Below are positions 49,442 through 58,658 of a stretch of 64,000 bases of DNA, one piece after another. Origin of the DNA: an uncultured Chloroflexia bacterium. Its GTDB lineage: Bacteria; Chloroflexota; Limnocylindria; Limnocylindrales; CSP1-4. The notes under the pieces were generated by a model. It was not told the DNA's origin, searched no databases, and was given only the letters and a program-made list of their open reading frames with translations. Position numbers and translations under genes: made by a program. Location of the stretch: the NCBI GenBank assembly GCA_963783135.1, contig CAWAMH010000006.1:21792-85791 (forward strand). The letters run 5' to 3'. Numbering within the stretch: the first letter of the stretch is position 1; every line of letters starts with the position of its first letter.

Positions 49442-50545
49442 ATGGCGGAGACCGTAGCACACGTCGTCGGCGCGCGGCCCAACTTCATGAAGGCCGCTCC
49501 GGTCATCCGTGCGCTCACCGCGAAGGGCGTCCCGCAGGTCATCGTCCACACCGGCCAGCACTACGACGACCGGATGTCCGAGGTGTTCTTCCGCGAGCTC
49601 GATCTGCCCCGTCCCGACCTCAACCTCGGGGTCGGGTCGGGCAGTCACGCGGAGCAGACGGCCAGGATCATGGTCGCCCTCGAGGGCGCCTTCGCGGACC
49701 TCGATCCGGCGCTCATCGTGGTCTACGGCGACGTGAACTCGACCCTCGCTGCCGCCGTGGTCGCAGCGAAGCTCGGCCGGCCCATCGCCCATGTCGAGGC
49801 CGGCCTGCGGAGCTTCGACCGATCGATGCCCGAGGAGGTCAACCGGGTCGTCACCGACGTCCTGTCCGACCTCCTGTTCACGACGAGCCCCGAGGCCGAG
49901 ACCAACCTCGCGCGCGAGGGGATCGACCTGGGCCGCGTCCACTTCGTGGGCAATCCGATGATCGACACGCTCCTCGCCAACCTCGACCGGTTCGACGTCG
50001 CCGCGGCCCGCGCCCGGCTCACGCTCGCCGGCCGGTACGGTGTCGCGACCCTCCACCGCCCGGCCAACGTCGACGACCCGGTCACAGCCGGGCGGATCGT
50101 CGCCGCGCTGCGCGGCGTCGCGGAGCTCGTGCCGCTCGTCATCCCGCTCCACCCGCGCGGGCGGGCGACGCTCGAGGCCGCCGGCCTGGCGGGCGATCCG
50201 CGGGTAACGGTCATCGACCCGCTCGGCTATATCGACTTCATGTCGCTCGTCCGTGGCGCGGCGATCGTCGTGACCGACTCGGGCGGGATCCAGGAGGAGA
50301 CGACGATCCTCGGGGTCCCGTGCCTGACCGTCCGGCCCAACACGGAGCGTCCGATCACGATCAGCCACGGGACGAACCGACTCGTCGAACCCGAGGACGT
50401 GGCCGCGGTGGCGCGCGTCGTCCTCGACGGACCGTCGGGCGATCCGCCATCCCCGCCACCGCTCTGGGACGGCGCCGCCGGTGAGCGGATCGCGTCGATC
50501 GTCGAACGCTGGCTGGCGGCCCCGGCCGCGGTCGGCCGACCCTGA
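49442..50545 (+). CDS. wecB: UDP-N-acetylglucosamine 2-epimerase (non-hydrolysing)
   Basis: HVVGARPNFMKAAPV, HTGQHYD, GDVNSTLAAA and VTDSGGIQEE motifs, with a GAAGGGGA ribosome-binding site. Confidence 0.9.
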   Translation: MAETVAHVVGARPNFMKAAPVIRALTAKGVPQVIVHTGQHYDDRMSEVFFRELDLPRPDLNLGVGSGSHAEQTARIMVALEGAFADLDPALIVVYGDVNSTLAAAVVAAKLGRPIAHVEAGLRSFDRSMPEEVNRVVTDVLSDLLFTTSPEAETNLAREGIDLGRVHFVGNPMIDTLLANLDRFDVAAARARLTLAGRYGVATLHRPANVDDPVTAGRIVAALRGVAELVPLVIPLHPRGRATLEAAGLAGDPRVTVIDPLGYIDFMSLVRGAAIVVTDSGGIQEETTILGVPCLTVRPNTERPITISHGTNRLVEPEDVAAVARVVLDGPSGDPPSPPPLWDGAAGERIASIVERWLAAPAAVGRP

Positions 50546-50663
50546 CCGGCGGTCGCGACGGCCGAGACCGGGTATCCTCTCGCGGTGCGCTGCGCCCCGC
50601 CTGCCTCGTCCGCGGCGCCGGGTGCGCGACCCCGGCTACGCCGGTGACCGGACTGGAGGATCC

Positions 50664-51968
50664 ATGAACGAAGACCGTCGCCTGGCCGTGATCGGCCTGG
50701 GCTACGTCGGGCTCCCGCTTGCCATCTCGTTCGTCGAGGCGGGGCTGGAGGTCGAGGGCGTCGACGCCCACCCGGGCCGGATCGCCGAGCTGAGCGCCGG
50801 CCGATCGCCGATCGACGACATCCCCGACGACCGTCTGACCGGGGCGCTCGCCGCGGGCCTCCGGCTGGTCGGGACGGATGCGGCCCGCCTGACCGAGGCG
50901 GATGTGATCTTCGTCTGCGTCCCGACCCCGATCGATCAGGCCAAGGACCCCGATCTCGGCCCGGTCCTGTCGGCGGCCGAGCTCATCCGGCGCCATCTCC
51001 GGAAGGGCCAGCTCATCATCCTCCAGTCGACGACGTTCCCCGGGACGACGACCGGTCCCTTCCGCAAGGTCCTCGAGCAGAGCGGCCTCATCGCCGGACG
51101 GGACTTCGATCTCGCCTTCGCGCCCGAGCGGGTGAACCCGGGCGATCCGGCCAGCGCCGCCAAGGACGTCCCGCGTCTCGTCGGCGCGACGACGCCCGAG
51201 GCGACCGACCGGGCGGCCGCGCTTCTCGGCCGGATCAACAACCACGTCGTCAAGCTGTCGTCACCCGATGCCGCCGAGCTGGCGAAGATCCTCGAGAACG
51301 TCTTCCGGAACGTGAACATCGCGCTCGTCAACCAGCTCGCGCTGCTCTGCGAGCGGATGGGCATCGACGTCTGGGAGGTGATCTCGGCCGCCGCGACCAA
51401 GCCGTTCGGGTTCATGCGCTTCACGCCGGGTCCGGGCGTCGGCGGGCACTGCATCCCGGTCGACCCGTACTACCTCGCCTGGCGGGCACGCGAGTTCGAC
51501 TTCGTCGACCGCTTCGTCGAGCTCGCCGGCGACATCAACTACGCGATGCCGCGCCACGTCGTGGACCTCGTCGCCGAGGCGCTCAACGATCGGGGCAAGG
51601 CGCTCAAGGGCGCCCGGGTCGGTGTTCTCGGGGTCGCGTTCAAGCCGGGTGTCCGCGACGCGCGGAACTCGCCGGCCGCCGCGATCCTGGCCGGCCTGGC
51701 GACCCGAGGTGCGGTCGTCGATTACCACGACCCGCACGTCCCACGGTTCCGCGACACCGACGGCGTCGCGCGCGATTCGGTCGGGCTCGATGCGGTCCTC
51801 GCCGACAGCGACGTGGTGGTCGTCGTGACGGCCCACCGTGAGATCGACTGGGACCGCGTCTACGGGTCCGCCGGACTCGTCGTGGATACGGTCGACAGCT
51901 CGCGCGGCCGGACGGCCACCGACCGCCAGGTGCTCCGGCTCGGCGCCGGCTGGACGGTCCGGGCGTGA
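50664..51968 (+). CDS. wecC: UDP-N-acetyl-D-mannosamine dehydrogenase (nucleotide-sugar dehydrogenase family)
   Basis: Rossmann motif IGLGYVGLPLA, catalytic region GFMRFTPGPGVGGHCIPVDPYYL, and a GGAGGA ribosome-binding site. The adjacent wecB suggests the product is UDP-ManNAcA. Confidence 0.8.
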   Translation: MNEDRRLAVIGLGYVGLPLAISFVEAGLEVEGVDAHPGRIAELSAGRSPIDDIPDDRLTGALAAGLRLVGTDAARLTEADVIFVCVPTPIDQAKDPDLGPVLSAAELIRRHLRKGQLIILQSTTFPGTTTGPFRKVLEQSGLIAGRDFDLAFAPERVNPGDPASAAKDVPRLVGATTPEATDRAAALLGRINNHVVKLSSPDAAELAKILENVFRNVNIALVNQLALLCERMGIDVWEVISAAATKPFGFMRFTPGPGVGGHCIPVDPYYLAWRAREFDFVDRFVELAGDINYAMPRHVVDLVAEALNDRGKALKGARVGVLGVAFKPGVRDARNSPAAAILAGLATRGAVVDYHDPHVPRFRDTDGVARDSVGLDAVLADSDVVVVVTAHREIDWDRVYGSAGLVVDTVDSSRGRTATDRQVLRLGAGWTVRA

Positions 51969-54175
51969 GCGGGACGGGAACCCAGCCGGGCGACGCCCGG
52001 GCCGACGAGCTGACGATGACCTCCGCCGACCTGTCGCTCGAGCGGAAGCTGAGCCTGTTCATCCTGGCGATCACGCCGATCCTGTTCCTGGTCTTCCTGG
52101 CGCTGACACCGCCGGTCAACCCGACGTTCGACGACGCCAAGTACATCGGCGTCGGCCGCAACTTCCTCGACGGGAACGGCCCGACGACCGTCTTCGGGGT
52201 CGTCTTCCTCAAGCACTCGCCGCTGTGGCCGATGATCATCGTGATCCCCGAGAAGCTGTTCGGGATCCACCCGGTCGCGACCGGCCACTTCATCAACGCG
52301 GTCAGCGGCGCCCTGACGATCGTCCTCGTCGGCTTCCTCGGCTGGCGGGTCCGGCCGGCGATCGGCGCCGTGGCGGCGGTCCTCTTCGCCGCGCTGCCGT
52401 ACGTCTTCGACATCGCCCGGACCGCCGGCATCGACCTGCCATCGATCGCCCTGACCCTGCTCTACATCATCGTCGGCTTCAGCGTCGTCCGGACCGGATC
52501 GATCTGGCGGGCGATCGTCCTCGGGGGGATCTTCGCGGCCGCATTCCTGATCAAGGAGACGATCCTGCCGTTCGCGGTCGTTCCGTTCATCCTCGGGATG
52601 ATGTGGGGCGTGTCCTGGACGAACCTGGCCAGGACCGCGGCGGTGACCCTCGCGACCGCGGCCGTCGGGATGTCGTGGTGGTTCGTGATGTACGCGGGCT
52701 ACACGCAGGAGGTCTACCGGGCCGACTTCCCGGAGTGGACGCTGATCCCGAGCGCGTTCGCGGTCGTCGTCTTCCTCATCCTCGGGCTGGCTGCGGGGCC
52801 GATCGCCCGAGCGATCGACCGTCGTGGCTGGGACGCTCGGGTGGCCGCCCGACTCCCCGGTCGGCTCCGGAGCCGGACGTTCCTCGGCTGGACGGCCGTC
52901 CTCGTCTGGTTCGTCCTCCTGACGATCTTCTTCGGCCGGACGCCGAAGCTGCTCGGCGCCTCGCTGTTCGACCCGCGCCAGCTCTACTACATGGTTGTGA
53001 ACTCGCTCGGCTCGGTCCGCCTGGCGTTCGCCTACGGACTCGGGACGTTCCTGCTCGTGGCCGAGCTCATCCGCGATCGGCGGCGGGTCGCCCAGGCCAG
53101 CATCGATGCACTCGTGCCGATGCTCTGCGGGATCCCGCTCGTGCTGCTCGTCGTCGGGGTGGGCGAGACGCCGCGGCACTACATCGCCGAGCTCGCGCTG
53201 ATCATCCTGACCGGCACGATCGGCTGGTATCACGGCCTGATCCGGCTCCGAGAGCGCGATCGGTTCATGGCCGCGCTGTTCACGGGGCTCGTCGTCCTGG
53301 CCGCCGTCATCCTCGCCCTGTCGACGCTCCAGCGGATCACCCCGAAGGTGATCGTCGCGGGCATCGTCGGCCTCGTCGTCCTGGCGGTGGCCGCGGTCGT
53401 CGTCGTGACCGTGCTCCGGCGGCGCGGCCGGCTGTCCGCGATCGGCGTGGTCGCGCTCGGGGCCATCTTCGTGCTCGCGATCGGGACTGTCGGCGTTCGC
53501 GCGATCCGCCTGCCGGGCACCACCAGCGCCAACGAGATCAAGGCGACCGCCGATACGATCGCCTGGCTGAAGGCGAACGTGCCCAAGGGCGCCACCGTCG
53601 CATTCGGGCCGTACCTCAGCATGGAGACCTCGATCGACATCCCGGCCGGCTACAAGGCGATCCAGGTCCGGCACTACCTCGCGATCGAGGACCCGAAGGC
53701 GCCGCTCGGACTGCGCAGCGCGACCGGTACCGCCACGGACTACGTCGCCGTCGATACCGCCCCGATCAAGGCGAACCAGTTCAACGTGTACGCGTCCAGC
53801 CTCATCACGCGACTGATGAAGGACGGGAACGCGCTGTACTACGTCTATCCGGTCACCCGGGCGCGATCGTCGAAGGAGGTCCTCAACGTCCTCACCCCGG
53901 AGAACGGCTTCACCGAGGTCGACACCCGGACGTACGAAGGCCCGAGCGACACGATCGACGTCCACACCTACAAGGTGGACCTCGACAAGCTGGCCATCCC
54001 GACCGACAAGATCTACGTGGCGGCCGACGCGCTCGACCGCCTCGTGACCAGCCTCGAGGCCGACCCGACGAACGGCGCGACCGCGGCCGGCAACCTGCTC
54101 GATCGGGTCGTCCGGCCGGCCGACGGCTCGGAGGACGCGCTCCTCGCTCGGCTCAAGACGCTGGCGGGTCGCTGA
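51965..54175 (+). CDS. Polytopic membrane glycosyltransferase of GT-C type (ArnT/PMT/EmbC-like, 12 or more TM helices) with a C-terminal extracytoplasmic domain
   Basis: GTGA overlap with wecC. The N-terminal helices match GT-C topology, with an early periplasmic loop (FDDAKYIGVGRNFLDGNG). A soluble domain of about 200 aa lies at the C-terminus. A polyprenol-P-mannose synthase is encoded in the same locus. Confidence 0.6.
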   Translation: MSGTGTQPGDARADELTMTSADLSLERKLSLFILAITPILFLVFLALTPPVNPTFDDAKYIGVGRNFLDGNGPTTVFGVVFLKHSPLWPMIIVIPEKLFGIHPVATGHFINAVSGALTIVLVGFLGWRVRPAIGAVAAVLFAALPYVFDIARTAGIDLPSIALTLLYIIVGFSVVRTGSIWRAIVLGGIFAAAFLIKETILPFAVVPFILGMMWGVSWTNLARTAAVTLATAAVGMSWWFVMYAGYTQEVYRADFPEWTLIPSAFAVVVFLILGLAAGPIARAIDRRGWDARVAARLPGRLRSRTFLGWTAVLVWFVLLTIFFGRTPKLLGASLFDPRQLYYMVVNSLGSVRLAFAYGLGTFLLVAELIRDRRRVAQASIDALVPMLCGIPLVLLVVGVGETPRHYIAELALIILTGTIGWYHGLIRLRERDRFMAALFTGLVVLAAVILALSTLQRITPKVIVAGIVGLVVLAVAAVVVVTVLRRRGRLSAIGVVALGAIFVLAIGTVGVRAIRLPGTTSANEIKATADTIAWLKANVPKGATVAFGPYLSMETSIDIPAGYKAIQVRHYLAIEDPKAPLGLRSATGTATDYVAVDTAPIKANQFNVYASSLITRLMKDGNALYYVYPVTRARSSKEVLNVLTPENGFTEVDTRTYEGPSDTIDVHTYKVDLDKLAIPTDKIYVAADALDRLVTSLEADPTNGATAAGNLLDRVVRPADGSEDALLARLKTLAGR

Positions 54176-54180
54176 ACCCG

Positions 54181-55407
54181 GTGACGTCCCGGGAAGATCG
54201 TCCGGCCCGGCTTCGCCCGGTCTGCATGATCGTCCACTCGTACTACGAGGAGGATCCCCGGGTCCGGCGCGAGGCCGAGGGGCTCGTTGCCCGCGGCCGG
54301 CCGGTGGACGTCATCGCCCTCCGCCTCCCCGGCGACCCGGCGAACGGCATCCTGAACGGGGTCCGGATCCGACGGCTCGGCGTCCAGCGCCACCAGGGGG
54401 CCGGGCTGTGGGTCTACCTGCGCGAATATCTGAGCTTCCTGGTCCGGGCCGGCTGGGCGGCGACGACCGCCTACCGGAGCCGGCGCTACCGGGTCATCCA
54501 GGTCCACAGCCTGCCGGATTTCCTCGTGTTCGCCGCCCTGCCGGTCAAGCTGGCCGGGGCGAAGGTGATCCTCGATCTCCACGAGGCGATGCCGGAATTC
54601 TTCCGGACCCGGTTCCCGACCGTCCGCAACCCCCTCGTCCACCGTGCGCTCCTGTTCCAGGAGCGGCTGTCGATCGCGTTCGCCGACCGGGTCTTCTCGG
54701 TCAACGAGCTGATGGCCGACCGGCTCCTTGGGCTCGGGGTGGATCCGGACAAGCTGACGATCGTGCCGAACGCGCCGAACCTCGAGCTGTTCGACGCGGC
54801 CGCGTATCCGCGGCGGACGTTCCGTGCCGACGGGTCGTTGCGGGTGGTCTACACCGGGGCCCTGACGCCGACCTACGAGCTCGACGTCGCGCTCGACGCG
54901 ATCGGCCGGCTGGCGACCGACCGACCCGACCTCGACATCCGGCTCGAGCTCTACGGCCGAGGCGACAGCGAAGACGCCCTCCGCCACCGGATCGACGATC
55001 GGGCGATCGCCGACCGGGTCACGTTCCACGGCCGGATCCCGATCGAGTCCGTGCCTGCGGCGGTGGCCGCCGCGGATGTCGGGATCGCCCCGACGCGGCT
55101 CGATGAGTTCACGGCGGTCACGATGTCGACCAAGGTCTTCGAGTACGCGGCGATGGGCAAGCCCGTGGTGGCATCGCGCCTGCCGCTCGTCGAGCGGACG
55201 TTCGCCCCGGACACGATCCTGACCTATCCCTCGGGCGACGCGGACGCGCTGGCCGCGGCGATCGTCCGTCTGGCCGACGAACCGCTCGAGCGCGAGGCAC
55301 GCGTCGCCCGGACGGCGGCCCGCGTCCGCGCGCTCGGTTGGGCCGCCGAGGCGGACCGCTACTCCGCCGTCGTCGACGCGCTCGCCGGCGATCGTCCGGC
55401 GTCCTGA
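54181..55407 (+). CDS. GT4 glycosyltransferase
   Basis: GTG start 6 nt after the upstream stop. VVYTGALTPTYELDVAL, KVFEYAAMGKPVVASRLP, and an EX7E-like region. Confidence 0.75.
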   Translation: MTSREDRPARLRPVCMIVHSYYEEDPRVRREAEGLVARGRPVDVIALRLPGDPANGILNGVRIRRLGVQRHQGAGLWVYLREYLSFLVRAGWAATTAYRSRRYRVIQVHSLPDFLVFAALPVKLAGAKVILDLHEAMPEFFRTRFPTVRNPLVHRALLFQERLSIAFADRVFSVNELMADRLLGLGVDPDKLTIVPNAPNLELFDAAAYPRRTFRADGSLRVVYTGALTPTYELDVALDAIGRLATDRPDLDIRLELYGRGDSEDALRHRIDDRAIADRVTFHGRIPIESVPAAVAAADVGIAPTRLDEFTAVTMSTKVFEYAAMGKPVVASRLPLVERTFAPDTILTYPSGDADALAAAIVRLADEPLEREARVARTAARVRALGWAAEADRYSAVVDALAGDRPAS

Positions 55408-55409
55408 CG

Positions 55410-57689
55410 ATGCTCGGCGTGCCCCGGCGCAAGGCACGCACAGCGCTCCGTCTCGCACGGATCGCCGCGGCGCGTCAGCGGTTGCGTGCGCTGCCCGGGC
55501 AGGAGCGGGCGATGATCCGACGCCTCGGCGCGCGGATGCCGGTGTCGACGGTGGTCGACGGTCCGCTCGTGTCGGTCGTCGTGGTCGGTCGCGACCGCGG
55601 CCCGATCCCCGCGGCCCTGCGCCGGGCGATCGAGCACACGACCTACCGGCCGATCGAGATCCTGCTGTCCGACGCGACCCCCGAGACCCGGGCCAGCGCG
55701 ATCGGGTCGGCGGTGGCCGGCGCGCGTGGCGAGATCGTCTGCCTGCTCGATCCCGCCGCTGAACCGGCCCGCGCCGATTGGCTCGGGCACCTCGTCGAGT
55801 CGCTGCTCGGTGGCGCCGTCGGCGTGGGTCCCCTCATCGTCCGGGCCGCGGGTCGCCGACCCGTCCCGGCCAGCCAGACGGAACCCGACCTGACGCTCCT
55901 GTCGTCCGGGATCGACCTCGCCCGGGAGGGTGCCGACGCCCTCCCGCGCCACATCGGGATCGGCGCGGACCCGCTGACGTCCGCCGGACGTGTCGTGGCG
56001 GTGCCCGGCCTCGCGACGGCCTGCCTGGTCGTGCGTCGAGCGGACCTCGTCGCGGCGGGCATCCCGTCCGGCTACGAGTACGACGGTATCGCGAGCGGTC
56101 CGGCCGCCACGCCCTACCTCGACATGGACCTGTCGATCCGACTCCGCTCGGTCGGCGGGTCGATGCTGGTCGACGGGCGGACGGCGATCCGCTACCACGT
56201 GGAGCGCGGGCCGCTGCCGCCGCTGCCGGTCCGACCGGCGCGACGCTCGGACCCGATCCCGGACCCGGAGCGCGACGTCTTCCTCGACGCGTGGGGTCCG
56301 CGGCTCTGGCGGGAGGCGATGCTCGACGTCGTCGACGATCGACACCTCTGGTCGTCCAGGCCGCTCGCCGTGGCGATCGTGGGGCCGGCTGGGGTCCGGC
56401 CGATCCTGCCCGACGGCCCACCGCCCGGGCTCGATTGGCAGCTCGCGCGCTGGTCGGCCGGGCTGCCGGAGCCGGACGATCCCGCCTGGTCGGCCACCGA
56501 CGTCGCGATCGTCGTCGACCCCGGCCCGGAGCTCGCCGGCGCGCCGCCCGGGCCGATCCGGATCGCCTGGCTGGACCCTCCCGGGTCCCCGGCCGACGAT
56601 CGGCGCCTCCAGGCGTTCGACATCGTCCTGGCCGGCGACGCCGACACGGCGGCTCGCGTCCAGGCCACGGTCGGCACCGGCGTGACCGTCGCCGACCTGC
56701 GCGGGCCGGCCGCGGCTGAGCAGGTCGAGCGGGCGCTCGTCGGCTGGCTGCGGACCCGTCGGGTCGGGATCCGGATCGGGGTCACACGACCGGAGGCCAC
56801 CGAGCGCTGGGGCGACACGCACTTCGCGCGCGCCGTCCAGCGTGAGCTCGAGCGCAGCGGCTATCCGACCCGGATCCACATCCTCCCGTCGTGGGCGGCG
56901 CCCGTCGCGGCGCGCGAGGACGCGACGCTCCACGTCTTCGGCCTTCGGGCTGCCCCGACCCGACCGTCGCAGGTCAACCTGCTCTGGCAGATCAGCCATC
57001 CCGACCTGGCGGATCCGGACCTCTACGATCACTACGACGCCGCGTTCGTCGCCTCGGACCGGTTCGCGGCGTCGATGGCCGCCCGGACGACGACGGCCGT
57101 CCGCGCGCTCCATCAGGCGACCGATCCGGACCTGATGCGACCGGATCCCAGCGGGCCGCACCATGAGCTCCTGTTCGTCGCCAACTCGCGCAACATCCGC
57201 CGCACGATCGTCGACGACCTCGCCGACACGAGCCACGACCTCGCGATCTACGGCCAGAAGTGGACTCCGGAGCTGGTGGATCCACGCTTCGTCCGCGGTG
57301 ACGGGGTCCCGGCCGACGAGCTGGCTCGCTACTATTCGTCGGCCGACATCGTGCTCAACGACCACTGGCAGGACATGCGGACCGAAGGGTTCATCTCCAA
57401 CCGGATCTACGACGCGCTCGCCGCCGAGGCCTTCGTGATCTCCGACCATCTCGACGAGATCGCTCCGGAGTTCGACGGCGCTGTCCCGACGTTCGCCGAC
57501 CGGGCCGGCCTCGAGGCGCTCATCGACCGGTACCTCGCCGATCCACCGGAGCGCCGACGGCTGGCCGAGCGCGGCCGACGGATCGTCCTCGAGCGGCACA
57601 CGTTCCGCCAGCGTGTCGATGTCATCGTCGCGACGCTCCGGCCGCTCCTCGCGGAACGTCCGTCGCGGATCGTCGAGGACGGTCCGTGA
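55410..57689 (+). CDS. Fusion glycosyltransferase: an N-terminal GT2-like domain plus a C-terminal CgeB-like (DUF3880 / Glyco_trans_1_2) domain
   Basis: N-terminal domain: VSVVVVGRDRGPIPAALRRAIEHTTYRPIEILLSD. C-terminal domain: ELLFVANSRNIRRTIV...IYGQKW...YYSSADIVLNDHWQDMRTEGFISNRIYDALAAEAFVISDH, typical of the CgeB family. Confidence 0.65.
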   Translation: MLGVPRRKARTALRLARIAAARQRLRALPGQERAMIRRLGARMPVSTVVDGPLVSVVVVGRDRGPIPAALRRAIEHTTYRPIEILLSDATPETRASAIGSAVAGARGEIVCLLDPAAEPARADWLGHLVESLLGGAVGVGPLIVRAAGRRPVPASQTEPDLTLLSSGIDLAREGADALPRHIGIGADPLTSAGRVVAVPGLATACLVVRRADLVAAGIPSGYEYDGIASGPAATPYLDMDLSIRLRSVGGSMLVDGRTAIRYHVERGPLPPLPVRPARRSDPIPDPERDVFLDAWGPRLWREAMLDVVDDRHLWSSRPLAVAIVGPAGVRPILPDGPPPGLDWQLARWSAGLPEPDDPAWSATDVAIVVDPGPELAGAPPGPIRIAWLDPPGSPADDRRLQAFDIVLAGDADTAARVQATVGTGVTVADLRGPAAAEQVERALVGWLRTRRVGIRIGVTRPEATERWGDTHFARAVQRELERSGYPTRIHILPSWAAPVAAREDATLHVFGLRAAPTRPSQVNLLWQISHPDLADPDLYDHYDAAFVASDRFAASMAARTTTAVRALHQATDPDLMRPDPSGPHHELLFVANSRNIRRTIVDDLADTSHDLAIYGQKWTPELVDPRFVRGDGVPADELARYYSSADIVLNDHWQDMRTEGFISNRIYDALAAEAFVISDHLDEIAPEFDGAVPTFADRAGLEALIDRYLADPPERRRLAERGRRIVLERHTFRQRVDVIVATLRPLLAERPSRIVEDGP

Positions 57690-57705
57690 CCGGGCCGAGC
57701 GGGTC

Positions 57706-58572
57706 GTGAGCGGCCCGACGGGCCGCGCCCGATCGGCTGCCCGCCGCCTGCCGCGATCGATCCGGCGGCCGATCTTCCGGCTGCTCGGACGGCCGTTCCC
57801 GGAGAGCGACCCGCCGCCGATCACGGCACCGAGCGACGGCGAGGCCACCGACGCGACGGGCTTCAACCGGGCCTACGTCGGCGCCCGCCCCGAGCTCGTG
57901 GAGCGTCTGCCGGCCACGTGTCGGAACGTCCTCGACCTTGGCTGCGCGACCGGCGAGGTCGGGGCCGCCGTGAAGCGCCGGATCCCCGCCGCGAGCGTGA
58001 CCGGCGTCGAGCTCGACCCGGCGATGGCCGCGCTCGCCGCCGAACGGCTCGACCACGTCGTCGCGGCGAACCTCGAGGACGGCGATGCCATCGCCCGGGA
58101 ACTGGCCGGTCCGCCGTTCGATGGGGTGATCGCCGGGGACATCCTCGAACATCTCGTCGACCCGTGGCGGACCCTGCGCGATCTCCGGGCGGTCCTGGCC
58201 CCCGGCGCGGTCATCGTCGCGAGCCTGCCGAACGTCGGCTTCTGGGACACGTGGTGGAACGCGATGGTCCGCCGGCGCTGGCCGTACCGGCCACGCGGGA
58301 TCCACGACGCGACCCATCTGCGGTTCTTCGCCCGCCACAACGTCGAGCCGCTGTTCAGCCAGGCAGGCTTCCGGATCGAGCGTCTCGACCGGACCTACCG
58401 CCTCGTCGAGCGGCCCCATCCACGCAACCGGCATGCGCGGCTCTTCGCGCTGCCCGGTCTGCGCGACCTGCTCACGTTCCAGTTCCTCATCGTGGCCCGG
58501 CTCGAGGCCGCGGACGCGGGCGGCATCGACGACCCCACGGACGACCGCGCCGAACTGGTGCCGCCCGGCTGA
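57706..58572 (+). CDS. Class I SAM-dependent methyltransferase
   Basis: Motif I VLDLGCATGEVG, the post-I acidic residue VTGVELD, motif II VIAGDILEHL and LAPGAVIVASLPN. The gene lies at the end of the glycosyltransferase operon. Confidence 0.75.
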   Translation: MSGPTGRARSAARRLPRSIRRPIFRLLGRPFPESDPPPITAPSDGEATDATGFNRAYVGARPELVERLPATCRNVLDLGCATGEVGAAVKRRIPAASVTGVELDPAMAALAAERLDHVVAANLEDGDAIARELAGPPFDGVIAGDILEHLVDPWRTLRDLRAVLAPGAVIVASLPNVGFWDTWWNAMVRRRWPYRPRGIHDATHLRFFARHNVEPLFSQAGFRIERLDRTYRLVERPHPRNRHARLFALPGLRDLLTFQFLIVARLEAADAGGIDDPTDDRAELVPPG

Positions 58573-58658
58573 GCCGGGCCCTGGGCGACGTCGGTGTACG
58601 ATACGCGCCCCATCCCTCCCGCGACTGTCGGGATCCACTTGCAGGAAGCCACGTCCGA

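Noticed and set aside
51860-53965. 701-aa minus-strand ORF opposite the GT-C membrane protein
   Set aside because: Antisense artefact. The plus-strand frame encodes a coherent 12+ TM protein; the minus frame is Asp/Arg/Glu low-complexity.
55359-57866. 835-aa minus-strand ORF opposite the GT2-CgeB fusion gene
   Set aside because: Antisense artefact of high GC content. No motifs in the translation.
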